Positions 37,234 through 44,645 of a DNA stretch of 59,612 nucleotides are shown one piece after another. Source of the DNA: Candidatus Binatia bacterium (GTDB lineage: Bacteria > Desulfobacterota > Binatia > UTPRO1); assembly GCA_041476145.1 (NCBI GenBank), contig JBGOSW010000002.1:1-59612 (forward strand), written 5' to 3'. Each line of letters starts with the position of its first letter. Position 1 is the first letter of the stretch. A program made the position numbers and the translations under genes. The notes beneath the pieces are model-generated. The model had not been told where the DNA came from. It was given only the letters and a program-made list of their open reading frames with translations, and made no database searches.

Positions 37234-38295
37234 ATGACTCGCAGGCACACGACCGTCGCGTCGGCATCGAACGTTCCGCTCGACTCGGGGAGCGCGTCGC
37301 GGCGTCTCGTCCTGGTCGTGCTCGCGGTCGCCGTCCTCGCCGCCGCCGGCATCTGGGGCATCTCCCGGCACAACCCGCAGCCATGGATCGCACTCGGCCC
37401 CGGCGGTGCGATCGTGCGCGCGCTCACCGTGGACCCGCGTGCACCGCACACGGTCTATGCGAGCACGAGCGACGCCGGCCTGCTCGCGCGCGCGCCGGCG
37501 CGCGCGGAGTGGCGCCCGCTACGACTCGGGGGCGGCGGCCGGACGGACGTCCGCGCCGCCACCCTCGACCCTCGCGATCCCTCGATCCTCTACGCGGCGA
37601 CCGGTCGAGGCCAACTCTTCAAGAGCGCCGACGGCGGCGCCACGTGGATCGAGACCCGCCTCGTGGGCATCGATACGGCGACGGTGGTCTTCGCGGTCGC
37701 GATCGACCCGGTCGAGCCGGCGCGGCTGTACGTCGGCACGAGCGGCGGCGGCATCCTCGAAAGCACGGACGCCGGCGCGACCTGGGTACGCCTCGAGTAC
37801 CCCACCGGCACGGCCGACGTGGTCGCCCTACTCGTCGATCCCACACACCACGAGGCGGTGTACGCGGCCAGCGCCGGCGCGGGGGTGGCGCACAGCAGCG
37901 ACGGCGGGAAGACGTGGGAGTCGATGAACACCGGGCTCACGACCCTCACGGTCGAGGCGCTCGCGATCGAGCCGCACCCTCCAGCGGTGCTCTATGCGGC
38001 GACGAGTGGTGGGGGCGTGTGTGCCGCCGGCGCCGACGGGCGCTGGCAAGCGGCGAGCCGTGGCCTCACGACCGCCGTCGTCTGGGCGCTGGCCGTCGAC
38101 CCGACCCGCCCGGGCACCGTCTACGCGGGCGCGAGCGCCGGCGCGCTGTTCGCGAGCGGCGACCGCGCCCGGAGCTGGCAACTCCTGCCGGCGGGGCTGA
38201 TCGATACCGTCTGGGCGCTGGCGATCGATCCCGCGGAGGACGTCCTCTACGCCGGGACGAGCGGTCACGGCGTCTTCATGCGTCACGGCCGCTGA
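37234..38295 (+). CDS. membrane-anchored BNR/Asp-box beta-propeller protein
   Basis: N-terminal TM anchor (LVLVVLAVAVLAAAGIW). Asp-boxes SADGGATW, STDAGATW, SSDGGKTW and degenerate SGDRARSW. The LYA.T/VYA.. blade pattern repeats about 6 times. Confidence 0.7.
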   Translation: MTRRHTTVASASNVPLDSGSASRRLVLVVLAVAVLAAAGIWGISRHNPQPWIALGPGGAIVRALTVDPRAPHTVYASTSDAGLLARAPARAEWRPLRLGGGGRTDVRAATLDPRDPSILYAATGRGQLFKSADGGATWIETRLVGIDTATVVFAVAIDPVEPARLYVGTSGGGILESTDAGATWVRLEYPTGTADVVALLVDPTHHEAVYAASAGAGVAHSSDGGKTWESMNTGLTTLTVEALAIEPHPPAVLYAATSGGGVCAAGADGRWQAASRGLTTAVVWALAVDPTRPGTVYAGASAGALFASGDRARSWQLLPAGLIDTVWALAIDPAEDVLYAGTSGHGVFMRHGR

Positions 38296-38337
38296 GCACC
38301 CCTCCTCGCGCATAGTTCTTTGGTATTACTACTTTCG

Positions 38338-38353
38338 AATGACAATTGTCATT
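38338..38353. promoter_or_regulatory. perfect 16-bp palindrome AATGACAATTGTCATT in an AT-rich intergenic island (candidate operator)
   Basis: Self-complementary by inspection. A second GTCA-TAT-TGAC palindrome at 38384-38394 overlaps a TTGACA hexamer (38390-38395). It lies 110 nt upstream of the 38463 start. Confidence 0.4.
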
Positions 38354-38462
38354 TCATAATGATCGTGCGTCACGACATATAAAGTCATATTGACAGCGGG
38401 TGCCGCTCGGAGCGTATGGTCGACGTGCAAGCTCGGACACTGCGCGTTCACGGAGACCCACC

Positions 38463-39428
38463 ATGCGCACTCTCGCGATCACTTTTCTCGTCGTGTTCTT
38501 CGCTGTCGATGCGCGCGCCGACGACGGCGCGCTGCGGCCGACATCCGATCCGATCACCGCGTGTCAGGACGCGCTGGCGCGCGCCAGCCGCCAGCTCGGT
38601 GACGGCATCCGACGCCAGGTCGGCAGGTGCATCGCCGCCGGCGTGCGCTGCCTCACCGCCGACGGCGCCGACCCCGGCACGTGCTGCGCGGCGGCGGCAC
38701 CGCGATGCCAGGCGCAGCAACTGACGTTGGCGCGCGCCGCGCAGAGGTTCGCCGCCAAGCTGGCGAGCGGACGCTGCACGCACATCGTCTTTTCCACCGT
38801 CCTCGACCCGAACGGCCTCGGATTCGCAAGCGCTGCGCGGATCTGCCGATGCCTTCCGCAGCCGACCGAAGTCGCGGACCTACGCTCGCTCGGCACGTGC
38901 GTCGGACGCCTCGTCGACGGCGCGACGACGCGGCTCCTCGCGGTCGCCGAGGCGCCGCGCGCCGCCGAGGCGTTGGCGTGCGTCGGCCTCGAACACGAGC
39001 TCGACGCGCTCGAGGCGAGCGACGCCGCGGCGGCGTGCGATCGTCCGAGTCCGACCGTGACCGCCGGTCCAATCGGCATCGTCGCGACCCCGACGGCGAC
39101 GCTCGTCGCGGAAACGCCGATGCCGACGCGGACGCGGCGCCCGCGCCGGACGCCGAGAAGTAGCGAGACGTCGACGCCCACGGCGAACGATCCGACGCCG
39201 ACCGGCGCCACGATCCCGACGCCGTCGCCGACGAGCACTCCCGTCTGCGGAAACGGGATCGTCGAGGGCGACGAGCAGTGCGACGGCAGGGCCTACGACA
39301 CCGACAGCTGCATCGAGGACGTATGCACCTGCGACGACTTCTGCGACGACGCCGGCGGCAGGCTCGCGTGCCGACGCGACTGTACGATCGACTTCAGCGG
39401 CTGCACGGCCGGCGGCTGCGAGTTCTGA
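38463..39428 (+). CDS. secreted cysteine-rich protein with Pro/Thr linker and C-terminal Myxococcus-type cysteine-rich repeat
   Basis: Signal peptide MRTLAITFLVVFFAVDARA. Linker TPTATL..PTPSPTSTP. C-terminus CGNGIVEGDEQCDG...C..DC matches the CGNG..E.GE.CD repeat. Confidence 0.7.
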   Translation: MRTLAITFLVVFFAVDARADDGALRPTSDPITACQDALARASRQLGDGIRRQVGRCIAAGVRCLTADGADPGTCCAAAAPRCQAQQLTLARAAQRFAAKLASGRCTHIVFSTVLDPNGLGFASAARICRCLPQPTEVADLRSLGTCVGRLVDGATTRLLAVAEAPRAAEALACVGLEHELDALEASDAAAACDRPSPTVTAGPIGIVATPTATLVAETPMPTRTRRPRRTPRSSETSTPTANDPTPTGATIPTPSPTSTPVCGNGIVEGDEQCDGRAYDTDSCIEDVCTCDDFCDDAGGRLACRRDCTIDFSGCTAGGCEF

Positions 39429-39526
39429 CCCGCACAACTCGCACGATACTTTCCATGTGATTGCGGCATGAACGCGCTGATCGCTCAAGTTCGCGGCCCA
39501 TCCTGCCGATGGTCCCTCGGGTCACT

Positions 39527-40882
39527 ATGGGCATTCGGGTCTTGTTGATCGACGACAGTCCCGTCGATCGCGAGCTGGCGGCGCGGGCCCTCGGCACGCT
39601 CGCGGCGCCGCTCGGTCCGGTGGAAGTGATCGCGGTCGGAAGCTGGGCGCAGGCGCAGCCGCACCTCGCCGCCGACAACCTCGACCTGATGCTCCTCGAC
39701 TACCATCTCCCCGATCTCGACGGCCTCGCCGTTCTGCACGAGCTCGATCGTCTGCCCCATCCCCCGATCATCATGACGACCGGGCAGAGCGATCTCGCGG
39801 TCGCGGTCGAGACCCTGCGGCACGGGGCCTACGACTACGTTTCGAAGAGCGACGACGACGGCCTGGCGCTGCGTCTCGCGGTCGAGCGCGTCCTCGAGCG
39901 GGTACGCCTCGAGCGCGCGCTCGCCGATTCGAGAGCGCGCCTCGAAACCTACGCCGGCGAGCTCGAGGCCAAGGTGGAGGCGCGCACGTCGATGGTGCGT
40001 AGGCAGGCCGCCGAGATCGAGGCACTCTACCTCCGCTCCGAGGAGGCAGCCCGCGTCAAAGCGGAGATCGTCGCCAACTTGTCCCACGAGCTACGGACAC
40101 CGCTCAACATCATCGTCGGCTACCACGAGCTCCTCGAGGACGAGCTGACGCCGGAGAGCGCGGCTCGCGACATGCTGAAGAAGGCGCGCGGACAGGTGAC
40201 GCGCCTCCACGAGGTCCTGCAATCGCTGCTCACCCTGGCGCAGCTGCGGTCCGGCACCATCGGTGTGACGCTCTCGCGCTTCTCATGCGGCGCCCTCGTC
40301 GAGGAGCTCCGTGCCGACGCTTTCCTGCTCAATGCCGACAAGGGCCTCGTGCTCGAGTGGCAATCACCGAACGACCGCACCGAGGTCGAGCACGATCGCG
40401 AGAAGATCCGCGCCGTCGCGTACCACCTCCTCAGTAACGCCATCAAGTTCACGCACGCCGGGCGGGTCGTCGTGACGCTCGCGCCGAGCGCAAGCGGCAG
40501 CCTCGTGCTCACCGTCGCCGATACCGGCGTCGGCTTCCCGCCCGAGGCTCGCGGACTGATCTTCGAGGACTTCCGCCAGCTCGACGGTTCGAGCACCCGC
40601 AGCTTCGAGGGCCTCGGCCTCGGACTCGGTATCGTCAAACGCTACGCGTCGTTGCTCGGCGGAACGATCGCGCTCGAGAGCGCGCCTGGAAAGGGCACGA
40701 CGGTGCGAGTCGAGTTCCCTGCACCAGCGGTCGTCCGCGCACCCGAGGCCGAGGCCGCGGCCGCTCCCGCGCGTCGAGGAGCGCGCGCCCGGCGGACGCC
40801 GCGCAAATCCACCGACCTTGCGAGCGACACGGTCGTCGCCGCGGCACCCGGCGCCGCCGTCCGTCGCGACGGTCAGGTCTGA
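39527..40882 (+). CDS. hybrid receiver-histidine kinase (REC-coiled coil-HisKA-HATPase_c)
   Basis: REC motifs VLLIDDSP, LMLLDYHLPDLDG, IIMTTG, and no effector domain. H-box LSHELRTPLN, N-box LLSNAIKFT, G-boxes DTGVGF, GLGLGLGIVK. The start is uncertain (ATG 39527 or 39509). Confidence 0.85.
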   Translation: MGIRVLLIDDSPVDRELAARALGTLAAPLGPVEVIAVGSWAQAQPHLAADNLDLMLLDYHLPDLDGLAVLHELDRLPHPPIIMTTGQSDLAVAVETLRHGAYDYVSKSDDDGLALRLAVERVLERVRLERALADSRARLETYAGELEAKVEARTSMVRRQAAEIEALYLRSEEAARVKAEIVANLSHELRTPLNIIVGYHELLEDELTPESAARDMLKKARGQVTRLHEVLQSLLTLAQLRSGTIGVTLSRFSCGALVEELRADAFLLNADKGLVLEWQSPNDRTEVEHDREKIRAVAYHLLSNAIKFTHAGRVVVTLAPSASGSLVLTVADTGVGFPPEARGLIFEDFRQLDGSSTRSFEGLGLGLGIVKRYASLLGGTIALESAPGKGTTVRVEFPAPAVVRAPEAEAAAAPARRGARARRTPRKSTDLASDTVVAAAPGAAVRRDGQV

Positions 40883-40891
40883 TCGACGGGC

Positions 40892-42187
40892 TCACGCGCC
40901 GGCGACGGTCTCGTCCGCCGTCGTCCTCGGCTCCGGATGCCGCAACGTCAACCGCACCGTGCACCCGCCGCCCGCCGTCTCCTCGAGCCCGATCGTTCCG
41001 GCGTGCTCCTCGACGATGCGCTTGCAGAGCGCGAGCCCGACCCCCGTGCCGGGATACTCGTCGCGCTGGTGAAGGCGCTGAAAGAGCCCGAACACCTTTT
41101 CACGATACTGGACGGGCACCCCGATGCCGTTGTCGGCGACCACGATCTCGACACCTCCGTCGAGCGACCGGGCGGCGATCACGATCTCCGGCGGGACATC
41201 GCACCGGCGGTATTTGATGGCGTTCCCGAGGAGATTCGAGAACAGCTCGGACAGCAGCACACGGTACCCGACGACGGTCGGAAGCTCGGTGGCGACACTC
41301 ACCGTCGCCTTGGCGTCGTCGATCGAGAAACGAATGGCGCCGAGGACGTCCTGCACGAGCGGGCCGAGCGCCACCGCGTTCGGCCGCGATTGCTGCTGAC
41401 CGACCCGCGAGAAGGCGAGCAAGTCGTCGATCAGCTGCCGCATGCGCAGCGCCGAGTCGCGGACGAACCCGAGGTAGCGCTGACCCTCTTCGTCGAGGGC
41501 GGATGCGTAGTCCTGCTGGAGAATGCGACTGAAGCCCTCGACGCCGCGCAGTGGCTCCTTGAGGTCGTGCGAGACCGTGCAGACGAACGCTTCGAGATCG
41601 CGATTGCTGCGCGCCAGCTGTCGACTGTGGAACTCGAGCTCACGATCCGCATCGCGAAGCGCGGCCCGGCTCTCTTCGAGGCCGCGGTTGGCACGCACGA
41701 TGTCCTCGAAGGTAGAGACCAGGAGGTTCAGAATTTGCTCCTTGTCGGAGTTGATCACGAAGCGCTTGCCGAGGAACGCGATCTCGGTCTCGGTGACGAG
41801 GCGGCGGCCGCGCCGCCGCTGGCGCATCGCGATCACGTCGTTGACGCGTCCGACCAGGTAGTCGGCCTCGTACGGCTTGGTGATGAAATTCTCCGCCCCG
41901 CAGGCGAGAGCGTCGATGATCGCCATCGGATCGTGGAGCGTCGTCATCAGGATGATCGGGAGGTCGCGGCTGTGCTCGCTCTGCTTGAGGTCGCGGCAGA
42001 GCTCGTAACCCGACTTCCCCGGCATCACGATGTCGCTGAGGACGACGTCGAACGACGCGGCGGCGCAGCGCGCGAGAGCGCTCTCCGCATCCGCGGCCAC
42101 CTCGACCGCGAATCCCGCCGCGCGCAGCGTGAACGCGACCTGCTGCGCTTGCGTGGCGCTGTCCTCGACGACGAGCACTTGTCTCAT
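40892..42187 (-). CDS. hybrid receiver-histidine kinase (REC-HisKA-HATPase_c)
   Basis: REC motifs VLVVEDS, VVLSDIVMPGKSG, KP. H-box VSHDLKEPLR, N-box LLGNAIKY, G-boxes DNGIGV, GTGVGLALCK. Its start overlaps the cheB stop (ATGA) and follows GGGAGG. Confidence 0.85.
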   Translation of the reverse strand: MRQVLVVEDSATQAQQVAFTLRAAGFAVEVAADAESALARCAAASFDVVLSDIVMPGKSGYELCRDLKQSEHSRDLPIILMTTLHDPMAIIDALACGAENFITKPYEADYLVGRVNDVIAMRQRRRGRRLVTETEIAFLGKRFVINSDKEQILNLLVSTFEDIVRANRGLEESRAALRDADRELEFHSRQLARSNRDLEAFVCTVSHDLKEPLRGVEGFSRILQQDYASALDEEGQRYLGFVRDSALRMRQLIDDLLAFSRVGQQQSRPNAVALGPLVQDVLGAIRFSIDDAKATVSVATELPTVVGYRVLLSELFSNLLGNAIKYRRCDVPPEIVIAARSLDGGVEIVVADNGIGVPVQYREKVFGLFQRLHQRDEYPGTGVGLALCKRIVEEHAGTIGLEETAGGGCTVRLTLRHPEPRTTADETVAGA

Positions 42188-43242
42188 TGGCTGCCTCCCG
42201 ATCCATGGGAGCGCGCGGCGGCGGATCGCCGCCGCGACTCGCTGAGGAGCGCGAGCAAGCGCTCACTCACGTCGCGAAGCGGGAGGATCTCGTCGACGAC
42301 GCCCGCCGCGACCGCCGCTCCGGGCATTCCGAAGACGACTGACGACGCCTCGTCCTGCGCGAGGACGTACCCGCCCGCACGATGCACGGCGCCGAGCCCG
42401 GCAACGCCGTCGTCGCCCATCCCCGTCAAGATCGCCGCCACGACGCCGAACCCGAACGCGTGCGCCGCCGACTCGAAGAGATACGACGCGGCGGGGCGAA
42501 AGCCGCGCACCGGCGCCTCGTCGGAGAGTGTGACGCGCGCTCCGCGTCCAACACCGAGGTGGCGCCCGTCGGGCGCGAGGTAGACCACGCCCGGCGTGAG
42601 CGCCTCGCCGGTCTCGGCGATCTTCACGCGCAGCGCCGTGCCGGCATTCAACCAGCTCACGAGGCCGGGGATGAATCCGCAGCTCATGTGCTGCACCGCG
42701 AGCACCGGGACGCCGAAGTCGCAGGGCAGCTCCGACAGGATGCGGTGCAACGCCCCCGGACCGCCGGTCGAGGCCGCAAGCGCGACCAGCCGCGTGCCGC
42801 CGTTTGCCGGCGCGGGCTCCGCAGCGCGTGTGTGCCCGGGAATCTTCACCTCCGCCATCGCCCGCACGGTCTCGAGCAGCTGGCGTGACTCGCTCGCATG
42901 GCCCGGCGCCGCCGGGCCGGGCGGCTTCCGCAGCACGCACAGGGCTCCCGCCCGCAGTGCCTGGAGGGAGGTCGCGACCTCGTGCTCGTCGAGGCTCGCG
43001 GTGACGATGACGATCCGCGTCGGCGCCGCGAGCATGATCGCCTTGGTCGCCTCGAGCCCGTCCATGCGCGGCATGTGGACGTCCATCGTCACCAGCTGCG
43101 GGCTGAGCCGCTTCGCCATCTCGATGGCCTCGATGCCGTCGCGTGCCTCGCCGACGACCGTGATCTCCAGATCGCGTTGCAAGATGGTGATCAGCAGCGC
43201 CCGGGCAGTGGGGGAATCGTCGACGACGAGAACGCGTAGCAT
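42184..43242 (-). CDS. cheB: chemotaxis-type protein-glutamate methylesterase/deamidase, receiver-coupled
   Basis: REC motifs VLVVDDSP, VTMDVHMPRMDG. Esterase domain shows ALAASTGGPGAL (Ser), AVQHM (His), ILTGMGDDG (Asp). Start is ATG 43240-43242 behind GAGGTG. The upstream 198 aa of ORF 42184-43836 are discounted. Confidence 0.85.
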   Translation of the reverse strand: MLRVLVVDDSPTARALLITILQRDLEITVVGEARDGIEAIEMAKRLSPQLVTMDVHMPRMDGLEATKAIMLAAPTRIVIVTASLDEHEVATSLQALRAGALCVLRKPPGPAAPGHASESRQLLETVRAMAEVKIPGHTRAAEPAPANGGTRLVALAASTGGPGALHRILSELPCDFGVPVLAVQHMSCGFIPGLVSWLNAGTALRVKIAETGEALTPGVVYLAPDGRHLGVGRGARVTLSDEAPVRGFRPAASYLFESAAHAFGFGVVAAILTGMGDDGVAGLGAVHRAGGYVLAQDEASSVVFGMPGAAVAAGVVDEILPLRDVSERLLALLSESRRRSAAARSHGSGGSQ

Positions 43243-43277
43243 GGCATCACCTCGCGGAGTGGCCGGTCCGCCGATCC

Positions 43278-43808
43278 TCAGACGCCGCTCAGCGCGGCGA
43301 GGTCGTTGCCGAGCGCGTTCAGGTTCTGCGCCGCCTGCTCGGTCTGCCGCGTCGCCGCGATCGTCTGCCGTGTCACCTGGTCGATGTTCCGCATCGCTTC
43401 GTGGATCTGCGTCATCCCCGTCGATTGCTGGCCGACGGCGACCACGATCTGCGCCGCCGCGCGCGCCGACTCGGCAAGCGTGTCGGCGAGCGTGGTAATC
43501 GTATCGTCCGCCTGACGGCCGACCGCCGTCGCCTCGGTCACGCCCTTGGTCACTGATTCGGTCATGAAGACGATCGGCGTCTCCCCGACCGCCGCATGCA
43601 GGTCGCGCAGGACGTCGAGTGCGCGCCGGCCCGGCAGCGCGTCGCCGAGGAGGACGGCGGCGAAAGGTTGACGGCGCGCCGCCTCGAGCGCGGCCTCGGC
43701 GTCGAGCACGACCGTTACGCAGTTGCGCAGGGCGCGTTCGAGCAGCGCGCGGTCCGTCGGGCTCTCCTCGACCAGCAGGATGCGCGCGTGATTCTCGCCC
43801 TCGACCAT
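43278..43808 (-). CDS. atypical receiver domain fused to the C-terminal arm of an MCP signalling (MA) domain
   Basis: N-terminus ILLVEESPTD...AAVLLGDALPG...IVFMTES is a receiver fold with a non-canonical acidic pocket. The C-terminus VAVGQQSTGMTQIHEAMRNIDQVTRQTIAATRQTEQAAQNL matches the MCP post-tip helix pattern (E/QQS.Gi.Qin.Am..iD.vTQ.NAA..EE). Confidence 0.6.
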   Translation of the reverse strand: MVEGENHARILLVEESPTDRALLERALRNCVTVVLDAEAALEAARRQPFAAVLLGDALPGRRALDVLRDLHAAVGETPIVFMTESVTKGVTEATAVGRQADDTITTLADTLAESARAAAQIVVAVGQQSTGMTQIHEAMRNIDQVTRQTIAATRQTEQAAQNLNALGNDLAALSGV

Positions 43809-44001
43809 CGACCGTCTCGAGCGAGGATCGCGCCAACAGGCACGACGCCGAACATACAGAAGTTTTCGATGCCGGAGGTCAGTTACCTGACCTCACTCGA
43901 CGTACATGGGCGGGACCGTGACGATGCGCACGCGCACAGCGACCGGCGCCGATGTGCGCGCGTCGAAACCGTGACGCCCGCGATCGCGCCGCGCTCGAGT
44001 A

Positions 44002-44634
44002 CTAGTGATGCGACGCGTCCGCCCAGGCCCGCGGCCCGATCCGCAGCCGCCGGAGCAGCAACCGCGCCGCCCAGACGCCGAGCCAGACACCGATCGCCAG
44101 CGACGCCGCCGGGTCCACCCAGCGCCACCCGAAGAGCTCGATCGCGAGCGCGCCGACGAGCGCGACGACCGTGAGCGCCCCGTCCGAGAGCTCGTGCGCG
44201 AGCGCGGCGCGAAACGACCAGCGCGTCTGCGCCGGATGCGTGAAGAGATATGCGGTCGTGAGGTTCGCGCTCAGACCGAGGAGCGCGAGCAGCATGAAGG
44301 CGGGGTGCGGCGGATCGCGCGTCCCGGCCGCCAGGTCTTCCGCGGCCGCGACGCCGATGCGAGCCGCGATCACGGCCACGAGCGCGAGTACGCTGATCGC
44401 CGCGAGGTCCTCGCCGCGCTCGTGCCAGCGCGCCGCCGGGATGAGGAGCACGGCGAAGATCCCGAGGTGCGCGACCAAATGCAGCGCGTCGGCGCTGAGA
44501 AAGAGGCTGCCGCCGCGTATCGAGCCGGCGACCTCGATCGCCGCCGCCAGCAGCGTGATGCCCGCCGCCGTGAGCACCGTCCGCGGCGGCACGTGCGGCG
44601 GATGGGGCGGGTGCTCGGCCGCGTCTCGACGCAT
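44002..44634 (-). CDS. cation diffusion facilitator-like membrane protein (TM domain only)
   Basis: ATG at 44632-44634. Six hydrophobic helices with SADALHLVAH and HELSDGAL motifs (CDF metal sites). His-rich ends. Confidence 0.6.
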   Translation of the reverse strand: MRRDAAEHPPHPPHVPPRTVLTAAGITLLAAAIEVAGSIRGGSLFLSADALHLVAHLGIFAVLLIPAARWHERGEDLAAISVLALVAVIAARIGVAAAEDLAAGTRDPPHPAFMLLALLGLSANLTTAYLFTHPAQTRWSFRAALAHELSDGALTVVALVGALAIELFGWRWVDPAASLAIGVWLGVWAARLLLRRLRIGPRAWADASHH

Positions 44635-44645
44635 GCGTGCGCGGG

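Noticed and set aside
42184-43836. CheB as a single 550-aa protein
   Set aside because: The first 198 aa are Arg/Gly/Asp low complexity overlapping the REC-halfMA gene in another frame. A well-placed ATG with GAGGTG at 43242 gives a canonical 352-aa CheB.
43875-43894. Palindrome GAGGTCAG-TTAC-CTGACCTC upstream of the REC-halfMA operon as a sigma-54 or operator site
   Set aside because: No GG-N10-GC promoter could be aligned nearby. The 8-bp dyad alone is compatible with chance or with a weak terminator for the upstream CDF-like gene.
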